DNA of 32,000 nucleotides from assembly GCA_030614005.1 (NCBI GenBank), contig JAUWKS010000010.1, positions 30,001-62,000 of the forward strand, written 5' to 3'. The translations under genes were made by a program, and so were the position numbers. Positions 9,582-18,918 of this stretch are shown piece by piece. Within the stretch, counting starts at the first letter, position 1; each line of letters starts with the position of its first letter. The notes below the pieces were generated by a model. That model saw only the letters and a program-made list of their open reading frames with translations, was not told where the DNA came from and did not search any database. Source of the stretch: Candidatus Heimdallarchaeota archaeon. GTDB taxonomy: Archaea; Asgardarchaeota; Heimdallarchaeia; JABLTI01.

Positions 9582-11540
9582 TTACACTCTCTTTCTCTTT
9601 ACTGAAACAATAATAACAATAGTGAGTATTAATACTAATGTACCACCACCAGCACCTAAAATAATATAGAATGTTGTTGACTGGAAGAAATTTGGTTCAG
9701 ATGATGTTGTTGGTAAATTTTGTACAGTTATTGATATTGTATCTGATGACGACAATCCAACATTGTCAAATAGAGTTACTTGTATTGTATATGTCCCTAA
9801 TTCGTCTAAACTTAACAGATAAGTCGTAATTGGCATATTTACTGTAGCTTCCAATACAGAGTTCACTCTTACTTCTGCATAATCATATCCTGATGAGCTA
9901 TCAACAAAGTTCCAATCGATTTGAACATCACCAGGTTCCATTACATAATCATCATCTGGTGCAGTGATTATCACTGTAGGATTTGTTGAATCAATATTGA
10001 TTTGGAAATGAACAGGATCTGCTATATTCCCTGCACCATCTAAAGTTGAAATATGAGCATACCATATTCCATCAGTTAACGTTGTTGATATACTACTTGA
10101 TGATGTAAATGTACTGCTAATTGTTGGCACTGTTGATGGATTATGGTCTACTACAATATAATACCCATTAACACCATTGACGTCAAATGGGGCATTCATG
10201 TTAAAAGTAGGACTTAGGTTAGTATACCATTCTGAAGGGTTTGCATGTGGTGTAACAGTTACGTCAGGTTGATAAACAGTACAATCATAATCTATTGTCA
10301 GGAAAGGATCACCTAAAATAACCATACCGTAAAACCATTCTAAATAATCAGATGGGGATACGGTTGTTATTGTTTGGAACCAATCTTCGAAAGCTTGACC
10401 AATAGTTTTGTCTAGAGCTAAAGGATCATAGAATGTTGCCCCGCCAAACATACCACCAGTTTTTGATGTGCCAATTACTGCTATTGAGCCGTTTCCTGAA
10501 TAAAGATATGTCGTTGCTAAACAATCCGCAGCAATAGTATCTGCTCCTGAACAACAATACAAATTGTAAAAGTTTGCTGCAGGAATTGCTGCATGGATTT
10601 GAGCTGAAGTAACAGTTCCTTCACCAATACCTCCTGGACCAAAATAATGTTGAGCAGGCGATGAACCACTATGAACTGCAAGATGTACCCATTCATAATT
10701 TTGAGTCATCTTAGTCAACCAATCAGCAGCCGTTGTTAAAGTTGCTGGTGTATGGATATCTGTTCTTGTTGGGTAAGCATTATTCAACCAAGCGGGCCAA
10801 TTGTCATATGTGCCATTTGCCCATGCTTGCCAATCATCATCGATATAGGTCATAGCTTGATGAGTTCTAGCATTAGTACCTATACGATAATTATGAATTT
10901 TAGTTAGTAAATTAACGATGTCTTGATCATTAGATAATCCACCTAGCGTTCTTGACGTAGCATCTATTCGTCCAAGATAAATTTCTGGATAAATATCACC
11001 TGTACCAGCTGAGTGTATATCATAAATACCATCTGGTTCGGTATCAGTCCATGTGCCGTCCAAATCAGTTAGAAATAATTCACATAGAAAAGTTTCAGCT
11101 GCCCAAGGAATTGTTCCAGTTTTTGCCGGATGGTAAAATAAAGCAGATGGCAAATTACCTATTAAAACAACACCTGATATGCCAAAATTAGTATACCAGA
11201 GAGAGATTTTAGTTTTTAATGCTACAATATTTGAAGCTCCTGTAGAATCTAAAACAACAGTATAACCAGTATAATTCAAATCTTGAGCATATTGGTTTAT
11301 TGCTGCTTGTGCTGCAGGCACCACCCAAATAGAAGGGTCAACAATTATTCCTACAGTTTCACCATTGTAACCTGAAACTTGTTTTAGTAAGGCTTTGGAA
11401 TCTATCTGCGCCCCAATTATTTCATTATGTAATGTAATACTCTCTGTTGATAATGGCGTTTTAGCACTTGCAAAACTGAGTGAGGAGAGTATTAACAATG
11501 ATAGTATAAGTATAAGAATTTTTGATTTAAATTTAGACAT
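9582..11540 (-). CDS. Membrane-anchored C25 (gingipain-like) cysteine peptidase
   Basis: 'GVVLIGNLP', 'LTDLDG', 'PEIYLGRI', putative catalytic His (VHSGS) and Cys (LYCCS), 'IAVIGTS', 'ILGDP'. Signal peptide, Ig-like domains, TM helix and KRKRV tail. Confidence 0.8.
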   Translation of the reverse strand: MSKFKSKILILILSLLILSSLSFASAKTPLSTESITLHNEIIGAQIDSKALLKQVSGYNGETVGIIVDPSIWVVPAAQAAINQYAQDLNYTGYTVVLDSTGASNIVALKTKISLWYTNFGISGVVLIGNLPSALFYHPAKTGTIPWAAETFLCELFLTDLDGTWTDTEPDGIYDIHSAGTGDIYPEIYLGRIDATSRTLGGLSNDQDIVNLLTKIHNYRIGTNARTHQAMTYIDDDWQAWANGTYDNWPAWLNNAYPTRTDIHTPATLTTAADWLTKMTQNYEWVHLAVHSGSSPAQHYFGPGGIGEGTVTSAQIHAAIPAANFYNLYCCSGADTIAADCLATTYLYSGNGSIAVIGTSKTGGMFGGATFYDPLALDKTIGQAFEDWFQTITTVSPSDYLEWFYGMVILGDPFLTIDYDCTVYQPDVTVTPHANPSEWYTNLSPTFNMNAPFDVNGVNGYYIVVDHNPSTVPTISSTFTSSSSISTTLTDGIWYAHISTLDGAGNIADPVHFQINIDSTNPTVIITAPDDDYVMEPGDVQIDWNFVDSSSGYDYAEVRVNSVLEATVNMPITTYLLSLDELGTYTIQVTLFDNVGLSSSDTISITVQNLPTTSSEPNFFQSTTFYIILGAGGGTLVLILTIVIIVSVKRKRV

Positions 11541-11632
11541 GAAAAATAATTATTCATTTTCAAATATATACGTATCCTATGCGACAATGCTAAAGTAAAT
11601 GTAGTTATTATTTATGTTTTATTTAAAACCAA

Positions 11633-11722
11633 TCAGATTGATTGTTTATAGTTCAGAATATAGACATAACCTAGACTGTCTCCACATACAATTGTATTTT
11701 TATCTTTAACATCTAACCTGCT
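11633..11722 (-). pseudogene. Possible C-terminal remnant of a WD40-repeat protein
   Basis: SRLDVKDKNTIVCGDSLGYVYILNYKQSI* resembles the terminal 'xGDxxGxVx(I/F)L' WD40 blade. No start codon, and the match is short. Confidence 0.3.
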
Positions 11723-11829
11723 TTAAATGAAAATAATTTTATCGAATGGACATATCTTGCTGTTATACTATTAATGTGCTTTGTTGTATGCCATTCGATT
11801 AGCAGCTAAAATTGAGGAGTAGTTTTAAT

Positions 11830-13848
11830 TTACTCCTCGATAAATTTCTTTATTCCTTTTTCAGTATTTGGTACAGCAATTATTTCAGAAAGCATCGAAT
11901 TTTTCTTATCAGGTTGAAGAGCAAGATTCCATTCCACATTCTGTAATAAATAATCAGCAGAACCACCACTTTCAGCGACTAAACCAACTTGTGCACAAAG
12001 TAGAATTGCTAAACGATATTCAAAGGATGATATCTTTCCTCCAGCAAAACCCAAAACCTTAACATCTTCAGGTTTGATTTTATTCTGCAGAATATTTTTC
12101 CAATAAGTTATTACTTGTCGAATGCTAAAATTATTACCAGTCGTTTTAACAATCTGTGTGTACCTGGAATCTATCTGAACCTCTTCCGGAATATTCTCTG
12201 GAACAAATCCTATTGATTTAATGTTTTTAGCATATTTTTCTTGTAAATCTCCAACTATACCACAAACTCCACCTAACGTTCCACCTGAAATCAGTGTTCC
12301 TGTATACTTTGGAAATGATTTAAGCAATTTTTCTTTGAATAAATTGATACTCTCATTAGATGAGATTGTTGAACTACCAGCTAATATGATAATTGGTAAT
12401 TCCATTGAGAGAACATCAGTATTAGACTTTAGAAACTCATCTTTTATTTTTTGATTTCCAAATTTATACGCAGCACCTATTGTCAATAGGTCTTCAATAA
12501 ATGATAAATCAGGTAATTTCTCTCGAACAACATCGAAAAGAGAGAGGGTTTTCAAAGTAGTAGCAATCATCCAACTTTCGCTGCTATACTTTATTGCTGC
12601 TAAATAATTATTATAAGCTACCTCGCTTTCCCCAATGAGCATGTGTAAAAGGCCAATATCAAAATATGCCCAAGGTAAATTGATTTTGTGATTTATTTGC
12701 TTTTGACATTTCTCTATCACTTTTCGAATGATTGAATACGTAAAACTAATGAAACCCAAGCTTTTCTGTTTTTTTATTTCAAGTGCAAGATAGTTTGTTG
12801 TAGCATAAGGGTTAGAAGGTTCAATTTCGGATGCTTTGCGATAGTAATTCAAAGCCTTCTCTTCATCAATCTCTTTCCATTGACCACCAAGGACACAATA
12901 CGTATCTGCATCTTCGGGATTAATTTCTAATGCTTTTTCTAAATAGCTAATTCCCTTTTGATAATCTTCACTTTCTACTTCATTCTTTTTACACAATGCC
13001 AAACCAATTTCCCGCAAGATAATACTATTATTGCTATCAATAAAAGCAGATAAAATCTCAATCATTTTATCCCATTTTTCCACGTATCTTAACAGATAGG
13101 CATAACGGATTACAGTGGAGATATCTGTTTGGTCAGCTTTAAACACAATAGACATTTTTTCTAGCTCTTTTTCTAATTGCTCCCCAGATAGATATGCACC
13201 ATAATTTTCCTGAAAATCAGTCATATCATTTATCATTTCTTGAAAGTCATGATCAGTGCTTTCTAAAACAGCTGCCACTCGATAAGATTTTCTTTGTAAA
13301 TGTTTAGGAATAGTGAAATCGCCTTTATATTGTGTATCATGTTGTATTTGAGCCCAACCATGCTGGAGAAGTGTTCGAATTTGAATTTCAATAGAAAAGT
13401 CATAAAACCGTTCCGGAAAGGTTAAACCATCAAGTAAAGAACTACCTTTTTTCAAGCGGATAATATAATGATTTGAAAGATAGCCAAATTCGCTGACACT
13501 TAGTCTTTCTAATTTATCTTCACTGTGTTCAAGACTAATAATAAAATTCTGCTCAATAACTTCACAAGTCTTCTTGACATCATCAATTGAATCAAGAATA
13601 ATTCGTGATCCACAGAGATCAGTCATATCTTCAATGGGATTTGAGTATTTGTCTATTTTTCTAAAAATCTTCTCAGAAAAACTCGCAATTGTTTTTGCAC
13701 GTGCTTGAATGATACCATGAAGAGAGTATTGTTTTAGCAATTTTGACAGTACTTTCTTTATCAATTCAGCATATTCTATGTAATCTCCTCTTTTTTCTTT
13801 AAAGAGAGCTATTTGTGTTTCAATAAAATCTTGCTGTTGTTTTATCAT
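11830..13848 (-). CDS. RelA/SpoT-type nucleotide pyrophosphokinase domain fused to TPR (TPR-S/DUF4071-like) and C-terminal SLOG (LOG/Smf-DprA) domain
   Basis: Synthetase motifs R50AKTIASFSEK60, D77LCGSR, GY123LSNH127, E154IQIRTLLQHGWAQIQH170. TPR 'DTYCVLGGQWKE...ALNYYRKA..EPSNPYATTNYLAL'. SLOG-like 'IIILAG', 'LISGGTLGGV', 'SIGFVP', 'GGKISSFEYRLA'. Confidence 0.85.
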   Translation of the reverse strand: MIKQQQDFIETQIALFKEKRGDYIEYAELIKKVLSKLLKQYSLHGIIQARAKTIASFSEKIFRKIDKYSNPIEDMTDLCGSRIILDSIDDVKKTCEVIEQNFIISLEHSEDKLERLSVSEFGYLSNHYIIRLKKGSSLLDGLTFPERFYDFSIEIQIRTLLQHGWAQIQHDTQYKGDFTIPKHLQRKSYRVAAVLESTDHDFQEMINDMTDFQENYGAYLSGEQLEKELEKMSIVFKADQTDISTVIRYAYLLRYVEKWDKMIEILSAFIDSNNSIILREIGLALCKKNEVESEDYQKGISYLEKALEINPEDADTYCVLGGQWKEIDEEKALNYYRKASEIEPSNPYATTNYLALEIKKQKSLGFISFTYSIIRKVIEKCQKQINHKINLPWAYFDIGLLHMLIGESEVAYNNYLAAIKYSSESWMIATTLKTLSLFDVVREKLPDLSFIEDLLTIGAAYKFGNQKIKDEFLKSNTDVLSMELPIIILAGSSTISSNESINLFKEKLLKSFPKYTGTLISGGTLGGVCGIVGDLQEKYAKNIKSIGFVPENIPEEVQIDSRYTQIVKTTGNNFSIRQVITYWKNILQNKIKPEDVKVLGFAGGKISSFEYRLAILLCAQVGLVAESGGSADYLLQNVEWNLALQPDKKNSMLSEIIAVPNTEKGIKKFIEE

Positions 13849-13958
13849 GCGAGTTCACTTGGTATTTTATAGGTTCTCAAGAAAATTCACTATTAAAAAT
13901 TCTTTTTGTTAATAACATAATCTTAAGATATAAAAAAAGGGAAAAAGTAAGAAAGAAA

Positions 13959-16900
13959 TCATCGTTTCTTTCTTATTAATGCTAGAGCTAACACTGCAAC
14001 AATGGGTAATAGAGCAAGTAATGTAGTATTACTAGTTGAATGCGCGAGAACTGTAAAGCTGTAATAAGCGCCTCCGTTGTCGTCTGTTGCGGTATTAGTA
14101 TTTGGTGAATCATCTGTTGCTGTGATATAAAATTCAATTAAATCAGCAGCAGCAAATGTACCAATTGTTGTTTTGTATTGATCACCTGAAATGAGAAGCA
14201 TTGTTGTTGTTGTCCAAGTTCCTCCGTTTGTTCTGTAGTGAAGAACAACTGAACTGATTCCGTTTAGGTCACTCACTGTACAAGTGATATTTACTAAATC
14301 AGTATCAGAAGGTGCATTTGGATTATATTCAATGTCACTAATCGTTGGTGCTGTAACATCACTAGAAGCAATGGTGAAAGTGTAGTAATTTCCAGAATTA
14401 TCGTCTGTAGCATTGTTGTGCGTTATATAAGAATCAGTTGCGTTGATATAATATTCAATATCTGCAGCATAAGCAAAAGAACCGATTGATACTTCATAGG
14501 TACTTCCAGTGGTGAGGGTCATACTTGCATCTGTCCAAGAACCACTATTCACTCTATAATAGAGGGTAACGGATTGAACACCACTTAGATCAGTAACAGC
14601 GCAGCTAATAATTACGGTTTCTGCATCTGTAGGATTTGTGGGAGTATGAACTATATCATTTATCGTTGGACCGGAAACATCACTTGCACCTATGGTGAAG
14701 CTATAATATGAACCACCATTATTATCGGTTGCAATATTGTGTGTTTCATAATTGTCAACAGCTGTGATATAATATTCTATGAAATCTTCATACGCAAATA
14801 AACCAATAGTTGCATTATAGGTGCTATCAACAATATTCGTCATTGATACACTCATCCAATCACCGCCATCTATTCTGTAGTAGAGAGTAACGGATTGAAC
14901 ACCACTTGGATCTGTAACATCGCAGTTTATAGTTATAGTTTCAAGTTCTGTTGGTGTTGCTGGTTGGTGTAAAATGTTTTCAATTGTTGGTCCGTCAATA
15001 TCACTCGCTTCAATGGTGAAACTGTAATATATGCCACTATTGTCATCTGTTGCTTCATTGTGGTTTGGAGAATCATCTACTGCGACAATATAGTACTCTA
15101 TTTCATCATCATAAGCAAATGATCCAATTGTTGCTTCGTAGGTAGAACCAGATGTAAAGGTCATACTGACATCAGTCCAAGAACCACCATTGATGCGATA
15201 ATATAATGTAACCGATTGAATACCATTAGCATCATAAACATCACAACTGATTGTTATTGTTTCAGTGTCATTAGCTGGTTCAGGAGTCTGTGAAATAGCT
15301 GAAATGGTTGGTCCGGTAACGTCGCTTGAAACAACGGTGAAGCTGTAATATGCTCCTCCATTATCTTCTGTGGCAATATTAGGATTGATACATGAATCAT
15401 TGGCTGAGATGAAAAATTCGACTAAATCATCATAGGTAAATGTTCCTAAACTTACTTCATATTGATTGTCAATAGCCCATATCATGGTGATATTCGTCCA
15501 TTCTCCACTATTAACACGATAGTGTAGAGTAACTATATCGAGACCATTGCTATCTGTAACATTGCAATAAACAAACACTTCTTCTAAATCGGTTGGAGAG
15601 GGGTCAAATACTACATCAGTTATTTCTGGTGCTGTTGTATCGACTTGGAAATTCCAAACATCGCTCCAATCACCCCAATTTTCAGCGCCGTCTTTTGCGC
15701 GAACACGCCAATAATAAACATCATCATCCAATGAAGTTATTGCAGTATAATATGTATCAGTTGTGTATATAGCTATTGCTGTGCTCAAAAAGTCTGTGTC
15801 ATTATCTACTTGCAACTGATAAAGTACCGCTCCAGTTTCAGAAGACCATTCCAAGTATGGTGTTGGATCACTATCTATTGAATTATTGCTGGGTGTTAAT
15901 AGTGTTAATGTTGCTGGTGGTGTAGTGTCAATTTCAAAATGCCAAGTTGTACTCCAAGATCCCCAATTACCTGCGGCATCTCGTGCTTGAACACGCCAAT
16001 AATAGGTGTTTTCACCTAATGTCGTACAAGTGTAACTGCTAGAAGATGTATAGTAATTAACATTTAGTGAGCTAAAATCAGCATTATTATCTACTTGAAC
16101 ATGGTATTGCGTTGCTGTAGCCACTGTTGACCAATCAAGATACGGTGTTTGATCATTAGTCATTGTTCCGTCTGTAGGTGCAAATAATGTCGGAATACCC
16201 GGTGCTATATTATCAATAGTGAAATATCTATAAGAACTAAAACTACCCCAAGATCCTCGATAATCTTGTGCACGAACGCGCCAATACCAAGTATCACTTG
16301 ATAGTGTAAATGTGCGAGAAGTTCCTGCAAGGCTATAACTATATGGACTACTGAAACTTGGGTTATCATCCACTTGAACATTATATGCTGATGCAGTTGA
16401 TTTTGCGTTCCAACTTAAAGTTAAGGTGCTAGACTGTGTTAAGTATCCATTATATGGTGAATTCAAAGATGGTGGTGTGGTGTCAACTCTGAAATATTTA
16501 TAAGAACTATAACTGCCCCAATTTCCTAATGAATCTTGTGCACAAACACGCCAATACCAATTTCTATTTGATAAAGCAGAGGACCAATAACAATAAGTAT
16601 TTGATGTAGTTATAGTATTTGCACCAGTGAAACCTGAGTTATCAGCCACTTGAAGCTTGTATAGTACTGCAGTTGAAGATGGACCCCAATCTAAATATGG
16701 TGTTGAATCATATATTGTTGATCCATACGATGGTGAATATAAAGTTGGTGGGTTTGGCCCTGTTGAATCAAGAGTGAAATGCCATTCAGAACTCCACACA
16801 CTCCAAAAACCCCATTCATTATACGACCGAACTCGCCAATAATAAGTATCATCATTTAAATGATCACATTCGATATAAGTAGTATATCCTGTACCAACAT

Positions 16901-17216
16901 CTGTTATTTCATTAAATTCCATACTTGAAAAATCAGCATTATTATCTACTTGGATTCGATAGCGAATTGAGTCAGATACATAATTCCAGTCTAATACTGG
17001 TGTGTCATCAATTATGGTTGCTCCATTAGAAGGACTATGCAGTGTTGGTGCGTCAATTAGGGGAGAAAAGCCAGGATTGTCACCAATTGGTTCTCCAAGG
17101 GCATCAACTTGAATATTTGATGCTTGTTCAGCGTTCACAGATAAAGTGCTAGGTAATGTCATACATAAAATAAATATTATTACCATTAGTTTTGTAAAAG
17201 GTATACTCTTCCTCAA
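13959..17216 (-). CDS. Large secreted surface protein: 5 fibronectin type III-like repeats, 5 Ig-like repeats and a C-terminal TM anchor
   Basis: TTG start with GGAGTGG SD, signal peptide, repeats as listed separately, and LLALLPIVAVLALAL-IRKKR tail. Confidence 0.85.
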   Translation of the reverse strand: MRKSIPFTKLMVIIFILCMTLPSTLSVNAEQASNIQVDALGEPIGDNPGFSPLIDAPTLHSPSNGATIIDDTPVLDWNYVSDSIRYRIQVDNNADFSSMEFNEITDVGTGYTTYIECDHLNDDTYYWRVRSYNEWGFWSVWSSEWHFTLDSTGPNPPTLYSPSYGSTIYDSTPYLDWGPSSTAVLYKLQVADNSGFTGANTITTSNTYCYWSSALSNRNWYWRVCAQDSLGNWGSYSSYKYFRVDTTPPSLNSPYNGYLTQSSTLTLSWNAKSTASAYNVQVDDNPSFSSPYSYSLAGTSRTFTLSSDTWYWRVRAQDYRGSWGSFSSYRYFTIDNIAPGIPTLFAPTDGTMTNDQTPYLDWSTVATATQYHVQVDNNADFSSLNVNYYTSSSSYTCTTLGENTYYWRVQARDAAGNWGSWSTTWHFEIDTTPPATLTLLTPSNNSIDSDPTPYLEWSSETGAVLYQLQVDNDTDFLSTAIAIYTTDTYYTAITSLDDDVYYWRVRAKDGAENWGDWSDVWNFQVDTTAPEITDVVFDPSPTDLEEVFVYCNVTDSNGLDIVTLHYRVNSGEWTNITMIWAIDNQYEVSLGTFTYDDLVEFFISANDSCINPNIATEDNGGAYYSFTVVSSDVTGPTISAISQTPEPANDTETITISCDVYDANGIQSVTLYYRINGGSWTDVSMTFTSGSTYEATIGSFAYDDEIEYYIVAVDDSPNHNEATDDNSGIYYSFTIEASDIDGPTIENILHQPATPTELETITINCDVTDPSGVQSVTLYYRIDGGDWMSVSMTNIVDSTYNATIGLFAYEDFIEYYITAVDNYETHNIATDNNGGSYYSFTIGASDVSGPTINDIVHTPTNPTDAETVIISCAVTDLSGVQSVTLYYRVNSGSWTDASMTLTTGSTYEVSIGSFAYAADIEYYINATDSYITHNNATDDNSGNYYTFTIASSDVTAPTISDIEYNPNAPSDTDLVNITCTVSDLNGISSVVLHYRTNGGTWTTTTMLLISGDQYKTTIGTFAAADLIEFYITATDDSPNTNTATDDNGGAYYSFTVLAHSTSNTTLLALLPIVAVLALALIRKKR
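14046..15626 (-). repeat. Five tandem ~107 aa Ig-like modules
   Basis: Consensus I.dI...P..p.d.e.v.i.C.V.D.sG...VtLyYr.n.G.W....M......Ye..iG.F.y.d.ieyyi.A.D...n.n.AtddN.G.yYsFt. At DNA level 14560-14603 and 14881-14924 match at 40/44 nt, 321 nt apart. Confidence 0.9.
15627..17051 (-). repeat. Five tandem FN3-like modules
   Basis: Each has P.L..P.......P.L.W.....Y..QV.(D/N)...F and (Y/W)YWRV.(A/S)...W..(W/Y/F)S....F..D. Confidence 0.9.
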
Positions 17217-17349
17217 TATACAACCACTCCATTAAACTAAATTTAAGTAGAGCATCTTTGCATTTAAACATATGCAACTTTTACTGTAACAAAAATTGTA
17301 AAGATATTTATGAGAACAGTTGATTTCCTATATTGTCTAAAATAGGTTG

Positions 17350-18324
17350 TTAAATTCTTTGTAAATCTACTTCAAATTGAGCTAGAGCAGTTGGTAAAAC
17401 TTGTTCCTTGGTAATTTCTGCAAAAGCTGTACCAATAATACCTGTCAGTAATTCCCTATCGTTTTCAGCAGTATTCATATAAAAGAATCTGCCATTGGGT
17501 ATTAACTTTGCATAGTTATAGAAAGTCATTCCAGTATGATATTTATCTTTAGGACCATGAAAAATAAAAACCTCATTTTCAATTTTCGGTAAATCAGGAA
17601 CGAGATTCAGTTTTCTATTATTAAGACAAGCTTTCCGCCATTTAAAGGGAACAGCTCCTCGTACAAAATCCATGTTTCTCTCTTTCTGAGATTCGTTTTT
17701 CATTTTAGACATGATTAATTTTGCGAATACGAAACGGAACGCACCAATTACAATTGGTGGCATTATTGGTAACACCCAATTAATCCAGAATTTTTCGTAG
17801 GTCCATATACAAACAGGATCTAACACAACTGTTGTTGGAGGATTAAAATATTGTTTAATTAGTCCTTCTATTGTTGCTCCGCCACAGTAGCTAGACCCAA
17901 CCATCACATAATCTCTCTTATCTAAACCCAGATATTTTATCGCAACACCAATATCTTGAGCAGTTTTATTAATTGAAAAATCAGCTTTTCGATGTTTTCT
18001 TATATTACTAGATGCCTTTTCTCTTGTCTCGAGATGATAATATTCAGCAAAACCATGATGTGGTTTATGAAATTTCCTCCAAGTCCAGGGAGTAGTAGCA
18101 AATCCTGGAACAAAAAGAATTGGTCTTTTGGTTTTCGTTTTTTCAAGTTTGTGATGAAAAACCTTTATTTCTCCATCTTCTACTGGTACATAAATAATTT
18201 CACATTCTCCTTCATCATAAAAATTAGGAACATCTCTTCTCCCTGCATCTAATAATTTCTTAATTTCAGCTTCTTGCTTTTGTGTTAAAACAAATTCATT
18301 CTCGTTCTCAGACATTCTTAACAT
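17350..18324 (-). CDS. Alpha/beta-fold hydrolase
   Basis: Oxyanion 'FVPGF', nucleophile elbow 'VGSSYCGG', C-terminal 'FIFHGPKDKYH'. Alternative ATG at 18315. Confidence 0.8.
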   Translation of the reverse strand: MLRMSENENEFVLTQKQEAEIKKLLDAGRRDVPNFYDEGECEIIYVPVEDGEIKVFHHKLEKTKTKRPILFVPGFATTPWTWRKFHKPHHGFAEYYHLETREKASSNIRKHRKADFSINKTAQDIGVAIKYLGLDKRDYVMVGSSYCGGATIEGLIKQYFNPPTTVVLDPVCIWTYEKFWINWVLPIMPPIVIGAFRFVFAKLIMSKMKNESQKERNMDFVRGAVPFKWRKACLNNRKLNLVPDLPKIENEVFIFHGPKDKYHTGMTFYNYAKLIPNGRFFYMNTAENDRELLTGIIGTAFAEITKEQVLPTALAQFEVDLQRI

Positions 18325-18383
18325 AGTATATTAGTGTTATAAAAAAGTAACTTTTATCTTATCTTTTAAATGAAATGAAAAAA

Positions 18384-18757
18384 TCAACAACTAGATGTAA
18401 CACTTCCTTCTGTAGATATTGTTTCAGCTTGAGTCCAAGTACCATTTAAAAAACGCTGTGAAAATAATATATCTTCATCTCCACATTTCCAAGATAATTA
18501 GTTGAATCTTGCCAAACAAAATGAACATTATCTAAATGGTCAATAGCAACTCTTGGTCTTAAAGATCTTAAATTACTCTCATTAGATAATACTTGAGCCG
18601 TTGCCCATGGATATTGCTCTTCAACACCCTCATTTTGAAATAGAGAAGTAGTATTTTGTTTATAGGACTCAGAGGAGTTACTAAGTAAAGAAGAAATCAC
18701 TAGCAAGAAAGTAAAAAGTAGTAAACTTATTTTTCTTATTCTATTTTGGCAGTGCAT
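18384..18757 (-). pseudogene. Frameshifted, truncated secreted beta-propeller-repeat protein
   Basis: Signal peptide, then WATAQVLSNES...PRVAIDHLDNVHFVWQDSTNYLGN. After a frameshift near 18485 it continues GDEDILFSQRFLNG-TWTQAETISTEGSVTSSC*, the start of a second similar repeat, stopping at 18384-18386. Confidence 0.7.
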
Positions 18758-18918
18758 ATAGTAACCCACTTATTTTTTAAAATTAATATTTCAGTTTATT
18801 ATTTGAATGTAAGATTAACTCTAAATGTAATATTAAGAGAAAGATTTTTATCGAACTGTTTTTTCTAACATATCGTTCAAGCTCTAAATAACTTACTCGA
18901 AAAGTTGGATGAATAAAA

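Noticed and set aside
14046-17051. Repeats considered as a CRISPR array or DGR template/variable pair
   Set aside because: They are in-frame protein modules of about 285-320 nt with mostly synonymous divergence. There is no spacer structure, no adenine-specific mismatch pattern and no reverse transcriptase.
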